64,000 nt of DNA from an uncultured bacterium (GTDB taxonomy: Bacteria; Verrucomicrobiota; Verrucomicrobiia; Limisphaerales; UBA8199): contig CAVVMW010000006.1 in the NCBI GenBank assembly GCA_963749495.1, positions 992,001-1,056,000 of the forward strand. Reading direction: 5' to 3'. Made by a program: the position numbers and the translations under genes. The notes beneath the pieces were generated by a model. That model did not search any database. It saw only the letters and a program-made list of their open reading frames with translations, and was not told the origin of the DNA. This document shows positions 29,938 to 40,066 of this stretch, piece after piece. The stretch's first letter is position 1. Every line of letters begins with the position of its first letter.

Positions 29938-32781
29938 TCACTGTTCGCCGGCTGGCTGTGGAATCACAAGCACCTGGCCGCTGTGGTTGGTGCCCAGGAA
30001 ATACCCGGCGGCATAGTCCTGGTTTTCGAGGACGATGCCTTTGAAGGCGATTGATTTGGCGGTTGCAGGGTCAACGATGCTGCCACTGAAGGAACCGGCA
30101 ACGGTGCTGAAGGAGAGGCTGAGCCGGTTGGTGCCCCGGTTGGTGACGCGGTTGCTGGCGTCCAGGGTGATGAGATTGGTGAGGCCATGGGCCAGGTTGC
30201 CGCCGGTGAGGATGAGGAGGGCGTTGGTGGTTGCCAGCAGGTTGGTTCCCCGCTGAGGCAGGGCGTAGGGCGAGGCCGAAACCGCGTCGTGGAGGGAAAG
30301 GCCGGCCGGGTAGAGCTTTGCGGACGGGCTGTTGGGCTTGAGCCAGGTGATGTCGCCGGCCAGACCGGGGGCGGGGTCGGTCGAGAAGGCCAGCCAGCCC
30401 AGGAGCATCCCCTTGCCGCCGTAAAGCGACGTATAAAGCGGCCAGTTGCCGCCGCGGGAAATGGGGACCGCTTGAGTGAGCGGTGTCCCATCAGCCAGCG
30501 AGCCCGACAAGCGGACGGTCCCTGCGGCGTCCACCGCGACGGCGCCCCAACTGTCGCCGGCGGCATCGGGCAGGGCGCCTGAGCCGGGGATGACCATCGA
30601 GTAGAGGCCTCTCTGGGGCGCGAGGTTCGAGCGGGCGTTGAATACGGCGCGGTCCCCGGCCAGGTCCGCCCTCCAGGCGCTGTTGCTGACCGAGCCGGTG
30701 AGGTGATCGGTGCCTTGGGTCAAATCCAACTGCAACGACAGGGCCAAGGGTTCCAACCTCGCCCGGGGAATTGTGGCTCGGCCCAAACCAGTGGGGTCAA
30801 ACTGCCCGCTGAAGGGATAGCGGGCGCCGCCCAGTTGCAAGGAGCCGGTGAACTTGCCCAGGTAGGTCGCGGACAGGGTGAAGAAGCCGGCACTGTCCGG
30901 GCTGACCATGTTGGTCTGGTAGAACAGGCCGTTGTAGGCGCCTGCGGCCGGCGCGAAGGGGCTGGGGACGAAGACCGCGCTGTTGGTTTGGGAGCTGATG
31001 CCGACGATGTTCACGGCGTAGGCCTGGAAGATGTTGGTGCCCGGGGCCAGGTTGAGGGTAGCGGTCCATTTAGACCAGCCGTTGGCCGGGGTGGCCAGTT
31101 GCCAGCCGGAGCCGTTAAGTTGAAAGAAGACGCGGGCCACGGTGGTCGTGGCGCTGGCCGTGCCAGTGACGGTGATGGCGGTCGAACTGAGGTAGCTGCC
31201 CTGGGCAGGACCGGTTATCCGCAGGACCGGTCTGCCCGCGCCATAAGAGGCAACCACACTCAGCGCGATGGGGCTGCTGGTGATGGAACCGCTGGAGTTC
31301 CATACAACGAGCGCGTAAGTGCCCGAGTTGGCCGGGGTGGAGTTGGTAATGGTAAGGACGGGTGTGGTTGTGCCGGAGAGGTTGCCGGACTTTCTGGCAT
31401 AGTTGGTGTTAAAGAACCATTGATAGCTCAAGGGCGCCGAACCGCCCGCGTCAACGCTCAAGGTGACGGTCGTTCCGCTCTGCACGGCCTGGTCGGTTGG
31501 CTGGGTGATGATGAACGGGGCAAATCCGGACAGTTGGAAGAGAGCGCCGGCATTGCCTTTGCCGCCCACGAGCGTGACGCCGTAGAAGTTGCCGTCCGCG
31601 CCCTGCACCAGCCCGCCATAAGGAGAGGCCCCATCGGCGCCACCCTGGAATGAGTACAAGACACTCAGAACGGCATTCGAGGGGTTGAAGCTGAAGACAA
31701 CGCCCAACCCGTGAGCGCCGCCGGCGGTGGTGACGCCGTAGAGGTTGCCGTCGGTGCCGCTGGCAAGTTCTGCGAACGGTGCTGCGCCGTTCGTCCACCC
31801 AAAGGAGAGGAGGGTCGAGAGGGTGCCGTCGCGCGCGAGGCTGAACAGCGTGCCGTAGTCGGCGTTGCCGCCGCCGGCCGTCGTGCCGTAAATCTGCCGG
31901 TCGGGTCCCTGGAACAGGGCGGCCTGGGAGCCGGCGCCGTTGGTCTGAGAGAAGGAGACGAGCGAGGAAAACGCGCCGTTGGCGGGGACCAGGCTGAAGA
32001 GGGTGCCGGCGTTGAACAAGCCGCCGCCGGCCGGGGTGGTGCCATAGAGATTGCCGTCAGCGCCCAGGCTCAATCCCCCGGCCGGGTAAGCGCCGGTGTT
32101 GGTGCCGTCGAATGAGGCCAACAGATTCACCCCCGCGGTAAGCCTGAGCGGCAAGATAGGGCCGGCATCGGAGGTCGGCCGGGGCGGGCGCGGAGGGGCG
32201 ACACCGAAAACGGCGCCCAGGTTGAAGAGGCCGCCGGAGGAGGCGGTGCCGTAGAGGTTGGTATCGGCCGGGTTCTGCACCAGGGCGCCCTCCGGTTGGG
32301 CCCCGTTGGTGCCGGCGAAGGCGGCCAGAGTCGTGAATTGGCCTATGCTATTGAAGGCGAAGACGGTGCCGAAACCATTCGAGCCGCCGGCCGAAGTCGT
32401 GCCGTAGAAATTGCCGTCCATGCCCTGGACGAGCCTGCCCAGGGGCTTGGCGCCATTGGTGCGGTCGAACGAGACCATGGTGCTGAGCGCACCGGCGGGA
32501 GTCAGGGAGAAGGCCGTGCCCTGGTTGTAGGCCCCGCCGGCCGAGGTGGTGCCGTAGAAATTGCCGTTGGTGGCCAGGATGAGCGAGGCATAAGGCTGGG
32601 CGCCATTTGTCCCGTAAAACGTGACCAGGGTCTTGAGGGTCGCGGCTTTGGCGGGGAGGCAGCCAAGCGCCAGGCAAAGGAGGAGGCTCGCCGCGGGCTG
32701 AACGGGAATTGGAACGTGAAACGTGAAACGGGAAACGGGAAACGTGAAACGGGAAACGGGAACGCGAGTCTTCATAGTCAA
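29938..32781 (-). CDS. Secreted GloVer-type tandem-repeat (beta-propeller) protein with Ig domain
   Basis: Repeated DGNFYGTTSAGG..GTVF units; ITQPTDQ..LSYQW Ig domain; signal peptide preceded by heptamer-coded VSRFTF repeats (32713-32763). Confidence 0.85.
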   Translation of the reverse strand: MTMKTRVPVSRFTFPVSRFTFHVPIPVQPAASLLLCLALGCLPAKAATLKTLVTFYGTNGAQPYASLILATNGNFYGTTSAGGAYNQGTAFSLTPAGALSTMVSFDRTNGAKPLGRLVQGMDGNFYGTTSAGGSNGFGTVFAFNSIGQFTTLAAFAGTNGAQPEGALVQNPADTNLYGTASSGGLFNLGAVFGVAPPRPPRPTSDAGPILPLRLTAGVNLLASFDGTNTGAYPAGGLSLGADGNLYGTTPAGGGLFNAGTLFSLVPANGAFSSLVSFSQTNGAGSQAALFQGPDRQIYGTTAGGGNADYGTLFSLARDGTLSTLLSFGWTNGAAPFAELASGTDGNLYGVTTAGGAHGLGVVFSFNPSNAVLSVLYSFQGGADGASPYGGLVQGADGNFYGVTLVGGKGNAGALFQLSGFAPFIITQPTDQAVQSGTTVTLSVDAGGSAPLSYQWFFNTNYARKSGNLSGTTTPVLTITNSTPANSGTYALVVWNSSGSITSSPIALSVVASYGAGRPVLRITGPAQGSYLSSTAITVTGTASATTTVARVFFQLNGSGWQLATPANGWSKWTATLNLAPGTNIFQAYAVNIVGISSQTNSAVFVPSPFAPAAGAYNGLFYQTNMVSPDSAGFFTLSATYLGKFTGSLQLGGARYPFSGQFDPTGLGRATIPRARLEPLALSLQLDLTQGTDHLTGSVSNSAWRADLAGDRAVFNARSNLAPQRGLYSMVIPGSGALPDAAGDSWGAVAVDAAGTVRLSGSLADGTPLTQAVPISRGGNWPLYTSLYGGKGMLLGWLAFSTDPAPGLAGDITWLKPNSPSAKLYPAGLSLHDAVSASPYALPQRGTNLLATTNALLILTGGNLAHGLTNLITLDASNRVTNRGTNRLSLSFSTVAGSFSGSIVDPATAKSIAFKGIVLENQDYAAGYFLGTNHSGQVLVIPQPAGEQ

Positions 32782-32986
32782 GTCTGAACGGGCCTGCGCG
32801 CCTTTGCGCTTGACTGCTCTTTTACGCCCTCACCCGCAGGGGGCACAAGCCGCAAAATCGAAATAATCAATCCTCAATCTGAATTTTTTCATTCACAGGC
32901 AGGGCCGGGTCCAATATAAGATGGGGAGCAGCAGGATGGAACGTGAGATGATGGCGCCGGTCTGATTACTGCCTGACACAACAATT

Positions 32987-33652
32987 ATGCCGTGGATGGA
33001 ACAACTTCAGTCTGCGAACTGGAGCGAAGTGGTGTGGGTGGTCTTGTGCGCTTATAGCCTGGGCTGCCTGGCCACGGGGTATTACCTGGTCCGCTGGCGG
33101 ACGGGGCAGGACCTGCGGGAGGAGGGCAGCGGGAGCCTGGGGGCCAGGAACGTGGGGCGCGTGTTGGGGCCGGCCGGATTCACGGCCACGCTGGCGGGCG
33201 ACATGGCCAAGGGCGCGCTGGCGGTGTGGGTGGCGCGGCATTTCACCCAAGACGAGCGCCTGGCCGCCCTGGCGTTGCTGGCGGTGGTGGCAGGCCACGT
33301 GTGGCCTGCCCAGTTGCGGTTGCGCGGCGGCAAGGGCGTTGCGACGGCGCTGGGCGGGCTGATGGTCTATGATTTTTACCTGGCGCTGGCCTTTGGTCTG
33401 CTGTTTGCCGCCGGGTTCGCGGCGTTGCGCCGGACGGTGCTGCCCGGGTTGCTGGCCTTCGCCTGCCTGCCGCTGGTCAGCCTGTATTGGGCGGCGGACC
33501 CGGGCCGCCTGCCGGACCCCGCCCGGACGGCGTCGGTGCTGCTCCTGGCTGTCCTGGTCCTGATCGCCCACCGCAGGAATATGATGGCCGAGCTCGCCCG
33601 TTACCTGGAACGTCGCAATATTCATCCCAAACCGAATCGACCTGAATCATGA
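32987..33652 (+). CDS. PlsY-family acyltransferase
   Basis: DLREEGSGSLGARNVGR, GDMAKG, AGHVWP..GGKGVAT, AHRRN. Confidence 0.85.
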   Translation: MPWMEQLQSANWSEVVWVVLCAYSLGCLATGYYLVRWRTGQDLREEGSGSLGARNVGRVLGPAGFTATLAGDMAKGALAVWVARHFTQDERLAALALLAVVAGHVWPAQLRLRGGKGVATALGGLMVYDFYLALAFGLLFAAGFAALRRTVLPGLLAFACLPLVSLYWAADPGRLPDPARTASVLLLAVLVLIAHRRNMMAELARYLERRNIHPKPNRPES

Positions 33653-35295
33653 GTTCACGAGACCCGTTGGTATTCAAATTTGCGGCCGAGGAGTGGGAGT
33701 TCGAGCAGATCCACCGGCTCAACTACAAGACCTTCGTCGAGGAGATCCCGCAGCACCGGGCCTCGCCCTCGCACCGGTTGGTGGACAAGTTCCACGCGCA
33801 GAACACCTACCTGATCTGCCTGTGCGGGCGGAAGCTGGCGGGGATGCTGGCGATCCGGGCCAACCGGCCCTTCTCGCTGGACCAAAAGCTGCCCGGGCTG
33901 GATAGCTACCTGCCGCCGGGGCGGAACGTGTGCGAAATCCGGCTTCTGGCCGTCGAGAAGCAGTTCCGGGGCGCCCAGGTCCTGCAGGGGATTCTGGCCT
34001 TGCTCTGGCAGCACGGGATCGAGAAAGGCTACGACCTGGCCATCATCTCGGGCACCACACGCCAATTCAAACTCTACCAGCACCTGGGCTTCGTTCCATT
34101 TGGGCCGCTGGTGGGAACCGGCGAGGCCCAGTTCCAGCCGATGTACGTGACCCTCCAGACCTTCGAGCACACGGCGCGCGAGTTCCTGCGCTCCGCCCCC
34201 TCCAGGGCCTTCCAGCCCAGCGCCGTCAATTTCCTCCCAGGCCCGGTCGCCGTCCGCCGCGAGGTGCGGCGCGCCTTCGAGCAGGCCCCGGAATCGCACC
34301 GCGGCGAGGCCTTCGCGCGGGATTTCCAGGCCACCAAGCAACTCCTGTGCGAATTGGTGCGCGCCGGCAATGTGGAGTTGTTGCTGGGCTCGGGCACGCT
34401 GGCCAACGACGTCGTGGGAGGCCAACTCGCGGTGGAAGGCGGGCGCGGCCTGGTCCTGAGCAACGGTGAATTCGGGGAGCGGCTGATCGACCACGCCCGC
34501 CGCTTCGGCCTGGACTTCGAGGCCGTGCAGGTGCCCTGGGGCCGGCCCCTGGATCTCGAGGCGGCGCGAGAGCGCTTGGGCAGGCTCCCGGCGCCAAGCT
34601 GGGTCTGGTGCGCGCATTGCGAGACCTCGACCGGTGTCCTGAACGACCTCGATGGCCTTAAGGCGCTCTGTGCCCAATTCAACGCCCGGCTATGCCTGGA
34701 TGCGATCAGTTCCATCGGCACTCTCCCGGTCGATCTGAGCGGCGTCTCTTTCGCAACCTGCGCCAGCGGCAAGGGCCTGCGCTCGTATCCTGGCATTTCC
34801 ATGGTCTTTTACCATCACCGGCCCATTGCGTCCCCGTCGCCGCGCCTGCTGCCTCGCTATCTGGACCTGGCCTGCTATGCCGGCCAGCCGGCGGCCCCCT
34901 TCACCTTCTCCTCGAACCTGGTCCACGCCCTCCAGGCCGCCTTGCGGCGCGTCCCCTGGGAGCACCGGTTTGCCGAATTGCTCGAACGCTCCGCCTGGCT
35001 CCGCGCCCGGTTGGCCCAACTCGGTTTCGAGCTGCTTGGTTCCAATACACGCACCTCTCCGGCCGTGGTGACTATCGCCCTGCCGGAGCATTTGAACTCC
35101 GTCAAGCTCGGCGGCCTGCTCCAGGAATCCGGCTTCCTCCTGAGCTGCAACAGCGAGTATCTCCGGCAGAAAAACTGGATTCAAATCTGCCTCATGGGAG
35201 AGTGCTCCAAGGAGAGGCTCGTCGCGCTCCTCAACGCCCTCAAGCGCCTCGGCCTGCGGCGCCATCCCGGCCTGCCTGTGGCGGCAGAGGCCTAA
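33649..35295 (+). CDS. GNAT N-acyltransferase fused to a class V PLP aminotransferase-like domain
   Basis: N-terminal CEIRLLAVEKQFRG, LYQHLGF; C-terminal FLPGPV, HCETSTG, DAISS, SGKGL. Confidence 0.85.
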   Translation: MSSRDPLVFKFAAEEWEFEQIHRLNYKTFVEEIPQHRASPSHRLVDKFHAQNTYLICLCGRKLAGMLAIRANRPFSLDQKLPGLDSYLPPGRNVCEIRLLAVEKQFRGAQVLQGILALLWQHGIEKGYDLAIISGTTRQFKLYQHLGFVPFGPLVGTGEAQFQPMYVTLQTFEHTAREFLRSAPSRAFQPSAVNFLPGPVAVRREVRRAFEQAPESHRGEAFARDFQATKQLLCELVRAGNVELLLGSGTLANDVVGGQLAVEGGRGLVLSNGEFGERLIDHARRFGLDFEAVQVPWGRPLDLEAARERLGRLPAPSWVWCAHCETSTGVLNDLDGLKALCAQFNARLCLDAISSIGTLPVDLSGVSFATCASGKGLRSYPGISMVFYHHRPIASPSPRLLPRYLDLACYAGQPAAPFTFSSNLVHALQAALRRVPWEHRFAELLERSAWLRARLAQLGFELLGSNTRTSPAVVTIALPEHLNSVKLGGLLQESGFLLSCNSEYLRQKNWIQICLMGECSKERLVALLNALKRLGLRRHPGLPVAAEA

Positions 35296-35325
35296 GCCTC
35301 GCGGCCCAAGGGGCCGCCAAGGGGA

Positions 35326-35451
35326 GGGGTCAAACCATAACTTTTCACTTTTTGACCTCCTCCGGCTCGGTCTTGCGGCGCAGATACAGCTTGTTGTTCA
35401 GGCTCTTCCAACTGCCCATGTGCAACCGCTCGGCGATTTGGCGGACGGTCA
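35326..35451 (-). pseudogene. Duplicated 3' fragment of the RAYT element including its terminal repeat
   Basis: Same sequence as 35458-35583. Confidence 0.85.
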
Positions 35452-35457
35452 CGAGGA

Positions 35458-36490
35458 GGGGTCAAACCATAACTTTTCACTTTTTGACCTCCTCCGGCTC
35501 GGTCTTGCGGCGCAGATACAGCTTGTTGTTCAGGCTCTTCCAACTGCCCATGTGCAACCGCTCGGCGATTTGGCGGACGGTCAAGGTGGTCTCGCGCCGC
35601 AACCGCGCCGCCAGGGCCAGCTTTGCCGGGTCGCCCTTCAAGTGCCCCTTCAAGTCATCCTGGCTCCATCGCAAACGCTTCAACTCCTCCGCAACGATGC
35701 GCTCCCCTTTGGCTTCGGCGCTCTCACGCCTCAACTTCCCCGAATGCTGATCACTCAGGCGCGCGTCCATCTGCTCCAACAGCTTGGCGCGGAACTCCTC
35801 GCTGCCCAGACACCAGCCGCGCTTTAGTGGTTTCCATTGGGCCGCATCGTCCTCCTCGGTGCGGCGGCGCTCCATCTGCCGCTCAAACTGCTCTCGTCCG
35901 CAAGCGGTGTCTTTTTGGATCCCGTGTTCGCCCAGCAAGCGGTCCACCCGCATCCAGCCCGGTCGGTGTTCCGGCGCGGCCAAATACCAAGCCAAGCTGC
36001 TCCAGGGATACTCCAACAAGCGTTCTTCCCTACCCAACAGCCCTGCCCGGACCGGATTCAGATGCACGTAGTCACAGGCCCTGCGCAGATACCCGTTGCC
36101 GCTGCCCTCGACCACAATCGCCTTGTAGCGTCCGCTGAACACGTGACCGGAAAGCTTGTGCCGGCCGTTGAGCCGGATGGTATAGCTGCTCAGCAGCCAG
36201 CGCATTCCCGCCACCAGATTGGCGTTGGGCGTTTCGACGACCAGGTGGAAATGGTTGCGCATCAGACAGTAGGCATGGACCTGGAAACCGGTCTTCTGGC
36301 AGCACTCGGCCAGCGTCTTGAGAAAGTCCTGCCGGTCCACGTCATCCAGGTAAATGTCTTCCCGGCGGTCCCCACGGCTCAAGATGTGGTAAATCGCCCC
36401 GGGGTATTCGACTCTGATTTGCCGCGGCATCGGCAACACTCTGCCCGTACCCCTGGCCTCCCGTCAAGTGAAAAGTTATGGTTTGACCCC
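35458..36490. mobile_element. RAYT element bounded by perfect 25-bp inverted repeats
   Basis: GGGGTCAAACCATAACTTTTCACTT (35458-35482) and its reverse complement (36466-36490). Confidence 0.85.
35477..36430 (-). CDS. REP-associated tyrosine transposase (Y1 HUH, RAYT) with C-terminal HTH, copy 1
   Basis: MPRQIR, YHILSRG, AYCLMRNHFHL (HUH), GRYKA, YVHLNPVRAG, YPWSS. Confidence 0.9.
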   Translation of the reverse strand: MPRQIRVEYPGAIYHILSRGDRREDIYLDDVDRQDFLKTLAECCQKTGFQVHAYCLMRNHFHLVVETPNANLVAGMRWLLSSYTIRLNGRHKLSGHVFSGRYKAIVVEGSGNGYLRRACDYVHLNPVRAGLLGREERLLEYPWSSLAWYLAAPEHRPGWMRVDRLLGEHGIQKDTACGREQFERQMERRRTEEDDAAQWKPLKRGWCLGSEEFRAKLLEQMDARLSDQHSGKLRRESAEAKGERIVAEELKRLRWSQDDLKGHLKGDPAKLALAARLRRETTLTVRQIAERLHMGSWKSLNNKLYLRRKTEPEEVKK

Positions 36491-36491
36491 T

Positions 36492-37454
36492 TCATCCTTC
36501 ATCCTTTTTGACCTCCTCCGGCTCGGTCTTGCGGCGCAGATACAGCTTGTTGTTCAGGCTCTTCCAACTGCCCATGTGCAACCGCTGGGCGATTTGGCGG
36601 ACGGTCAAGGTGGTCTCGCGCCGCAACCGCGCCGCCAGGGCCAGCTTTGCCGGGTCGCCCTTCAAGTGCCCCTTCAAGTCATCCTGGCTCCATCGCAAAC
36701 GCTTCAACTCCTCCGCAACGATGCGCTCCCCTTTGGCTTCGGCGCTCTCACGCCTCAACTTCCCCGAATGCTGATCACTCAGGCGCGCGTCCATCTGCTC
36801 CAACAGCTTGGCGCGGAACTCCTCGCTGCCCAGACACCAGCCGCGCTTTAGTGGTTTCCATTGGGCCGCATCGTCCTCCTCGGTGCGGCGGCGCTCCATC
36901 TGCCGCTCAAACTGCTCTCGTCCGCAAGCGGTGTCTTTTTGGATCCCGTGTTCGCCCAGCAAGCGGTCCACCCGCATCCAGCCCGGTCGGTGTTCCGGCG
37001 CGGCCAAATACCAAGCCAAGCTGCTCCAGGGATACTCCAACAAGCGTTCTTCCCTACCCAACAGCCCTGCCCGGACCGGATTCAGATGCACGTAGTCACA
37101 GGCCGTGCGCAGATACCCGTTGCCGCTGCCCTCGACCACAATCGCCTTGTAGCGTCCGCTGAACACGTGACCGGAAAGCTTGTGCCGGCCGTTGAGCCGG
37201 ATGGTATAGCTGCTCAGCAGCCAGCGCATTCCCGCCACCAGATTGGCGTTGGGCGTTTCGACGACCAGGTGGAAATGGTTGCGCATCAGACAGTAGGCAT
37301 GGACCTGGAAACCGGTCTTCTGGCAGCACTCGGCCAGCGTCTTGAGAAAGTCCTGCCGGTCCACGTCATCCAGGTAAATGTCTTCCCGGCGGTCCCCACG
37401 GCTCAAGATGTGGTAAATCGCCCCGGGGTATTCGACTCTGATTTGCCGCGGCAT
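36492..37454 (-). CDS. RAYT transposase, copy 2
   Basis: Near-identical to copy 1 (R/T and E/Q changes, DEG extension); terminal repeat at 37490-37514. Confidence 0.9.
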   Translation of the reverse strand: MPRQIRVEYPGAIYHILSRGDRREDIYLDDVDRQDFLKTLAECCQKTGFQVHAYCLMRNHFHLVVETPNANLVAGMRWLLSSYTIRLNGRHKLSGHVFSGRYKAIVVEGSGNGYLRTACDYVHLNPVRAGLLGREERLLEYPWSSLAWYLAAPEHRPGWMRVDRLLGEHGIQKDTACGREQFERQMERRRTEEDDAAQWKPLKRGWCLGSEEFRAKLLEQMDARLSDQHSGKLRRESAEAKGERIVAEELKRLRWSQDDLKGHLKGDPAKLALAARLRRETTLTVRQIAQRLHMGSWKSLNNKLYLRRKTEPEEVKKDEG

Positions 37455-37499
37455 CGGCAACACTCTGCCAGTACCCCTGGCCTCCCGTCAAGTGAAAAG

Positions 37500-38615
37500 T
37501 TATGGTCTGACCCCTTCACCTTCACCTTCACGCACCACGGCATGGCAGCGGAGGCAGGCGCCGCTGTCGGCCATCATGGTCAAGGACGTTCCCAGGTCGG
37601 GGTCGGAGACATAGGCGTGGTCGTTGTGCATGACCTCAGTCAGGGGACGCATCTGGCTGGCGCCCGTGCCGGGCAAGGCCTCCGAGGGGTGGCAGCGGGC
37701 GCAAAGGACCGGGAGGCCATCCGCGACGGCCGTGGCGATCAGGCCGGCCTGGTCATAACCGACTTCATTGAGGACGTTCGAATAGAGGCCGGTGCCCAGG
37801 TAATGGTGGTCATGGCTGCGGAGGATGTTGAGCTTGTAGTCCTTCTTGGAGTCGGTGTGCCAGGCCCAGCCTTGCGGGGGACGCGCCGCAGCTCGGGCGC
37901 CCGAGCCATGGCAGGCCCGGCAGTCCATCCCGTCGGAGACCGGCAGAACAACCTGCGTGCTGGCGATGAGATTGCTGGCGCTGTCCCGCGCGACCAGGCG
38001 CATCAGGGGAAAAGAGTTCTTGGCGCCGGCGTCATCATACGGGGTGAGGGGGATGCCGTAGGCGCTGAACTGGTTCTGGCCGGGCTCAAAGACCATGGGT
38101 TGGGGGACGTTGGTCGGGCCGGGCATGGAAAAACCGGCCGGCCCCTCGTCCACCTGCAAGGGCATGTTGAAAAGGGCCTGCGCGTATTGATCAAAGGTGC
38201 CCTTGCCTTGGGAAGTGGTGTTGATGGAGCCATTGGGATCGGCAACGGCTTCGTAGGTCACGGAGATGCCGGTGGGGTCCCTTACCAGAATGCCATTGGC
38301 GATGAGCTGCGCGTGAATCGTGCTGTAGGGAGGCGAGAGAACAAAGATGGAAGCGTCGTCACCGTCGGTCTCCCGGAGCCCCGTCTCGCTCCAGCCGACG
38401 AGGGTGGCGTTGGTGGCCGCGCGCGAAGACCCAAGGCCGAACTGTGCAAACAGGATTAGGATGACCAGAACCTGTCCAAAAACCACTTTGTCCGGCACTT
38501 TGTCGAAGAAATGGCCGGACTTCGACAAAGTGCAAGACGAAGTGCCGGAATTCCGGCTTCTTGGACAAGCTCTGACTCGAGTTCGATACAGGTGCAACAG
38601 GCAATGATTGTCCAT
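37500..38615 (-). pseudogene. Multiheme c-type cytochrome, apparently 3'-truncated by the RAYT element
   Basis: CRACH, CARCH, CLRCH motifs; reading frame runs into the junction repeat and terminal repeat right after the third heme motif. Confidence 0.7.
38484..38544. repeat. Variant hairpin element (CACTTTGTC / GACAAAGTG) in the 5' coding region of the cytochrome
   Basis: 12-bp periodic inverted arms with a TGGCC-containing loop, like the CCTTTGTCG family. Confidence 0.7.
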
Positions 38616-38626
38616 AGACCTTGGCC

Positions 38627-39823
38627 TCAGAACCATACGCTTGAACCCACGGTCACGATGTTGGCGTGGGGATAGGCGCTCTGGGAGGTGACGCCATCCA
38701 GGCCAATCATTTCGTAGCGTTTGAAGGCGGCGTTGATCGAGAGCCAGGACAGAACGCGCACGCTCACCTCGGCCCCGTAGGTGAACGATTGCAGGCGCGA
38801 GAGCCGATAGTCCGCCGAGTAGTAGGTTGGAATCGGGGTGGGATTGGCGGGGTTCGAGGGGTCGCCGGGCAATTGAGTCGCGTAGAAGTCGGCGGCGCTT
38901 TGCTCGTAGTATCGGAACAGGGGTGAGACCAGGACGCGTGAGCCGGCCTTCTGGTGCCAGGCAACGCCGATGGTATGGGCGAAGATGCCGAACGAATCGG
39001 CATAGAACCGATAGGAGCCTTCGGCGCTGGCGCGCAAGGGCTTCACGTATTGCAGGACCGAGCCGAAGACGGTGTAGCTTTCGCGGTAGTTGGGGCGTTT
39101 TTCCGCGAAGAGGCTCGGGTTGTTGAGGTCGGCTTGAGGGTAGGCCTCGAAGAGCACGCCCCGGTAAGGGTCATTCAGATAGCCCGAGCTGTTGCCGAAG
39201 GTGAAATTGGCGGTCAGGACCGTGTTGGGCCCGAGCAATTGGTCGGCGCCGATAAAGACATCATCCGTAATCTTGTGCTGCTCCCTGAAGATGTAGGTCG
39301 CGGAGTTGGGAATGATGGTGTCCGAATCATGGGCCCAGCCCAGATTCAGGATGGTGTTCTTCTCGTTCAGGTCCAGCGAGTAGTTCAACGCGCCGCCGTA
39401 GGAGACGTAGTCGTGCTCCGAGCTGTAAGAGAACTCCGGGGTCAAATGGTGCGGGCCGTAGCTCAAGGCCGCATCCATGACCCCCGCCCAGCGCTTGTCC
39501 CGCATGAATGCCGTCGGCACACTGTTCTTGAGCGGACCCGCCGGGGGAAACGGGGTCTTGACCTGCGAGGGGGGCGGAGCGCCTACCGGCGTGTTGCCGG
39601 AGATGGCGTCATAGATCGCCTTGCCCTTGAGCGTGAGCCATGGAGTGGCGGTCTTCTCGAAAAGCCAGGACTGAGTCTGGACGCCGATGCGCCCGTGCTC
39701 CTCCTGGTAGTTCTCGAAACGGTAGTCAACATGGTCCTCGCCGCCGGCGCGGTTGAGTTGCAGCAGGTAAAGGCCGGCGGCCAGACCCCACCGCACCGTG
39801 CCTTGGATGACTTTCTCGTTCAT
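38627..39823 (-). CDS. DUF3570-like outer-membrane beta-barrel
   Basis: YDAISG, YSSEHDY, GYLNDPY, EKRP, YYSADYRLS, C-terminal WF; context with ApbE, TlpA and DUF4266. Confidence 0.8.
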   Translation of the reverse strand: MNEKVIQGTVRWGLAAGLYLLQLNRAGGEDHVDYRFENYQEEHGRIGVQTQSWLFEKTATPWLTLKGKAIYDAISGNTPVGAPPPSQVKTPFPPAGPLKNSVPTAFMRDKRWAGVMDAALSYGPHHLTPEFSYSSEHDYVSYGGALNYSLDLNEKNTILNLGWAHDSDTIIPNSATYIFREQHKITDDVFIGADQLLGPNTVLTANFTFGNSSGYLNDPYRGVLFEAYPQADLNNPSLFAEKRPNYRESYTVFGSVLQYVKPLRASAEGSYRFYADSFGIFAHTIGVAWHQKAGSRVLVSPLFRYYEQSAADFYATQLPGDPSNPANPTPIPTYYSADYRLSRLQSFTYGAEVSVRVLSWLSINAAFKRYEMIGLDGVTSQSAYPHANIVTVGSSVWF

Positions 39824-39841
39824 CTGAGGACTCTCGGCTCG

Positions 39842-40066
39842 TCAATTGCACCCGCAGCCGCCGCCGCCCACACCGCGCCCCCCGGAGGCGGCTTCGCGCG
39901 AGAAGAAGATGTGCTCATCCGCTGCGGTTCCCAGAGGGTCGAGGTCCGCGCTCATGATCGGGTCGGCCAGCCCGCCGCGCTGCCACGGTTTGACGTGCTG
40001 ACAGCCGGTGCACAACACAAAGCCCGCGGCCGCCAGGGCTGCCAGCAGAAGCCATTTCGCCTTCAT
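39842..40066 (-). CDS. DUF4266 lipoprotein
   Basis: Lipobox TGC, VKPWQRG, C-terminal GGGGCGCN. Confidence 0.9.
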   Translation of the reverse strand: MKAKWLLLAALAAAGFVLCTGCQHVKPWQRGGLADPIMSADLDPLGTAADEHIFFSREAASGGRGVGGGGCGCN

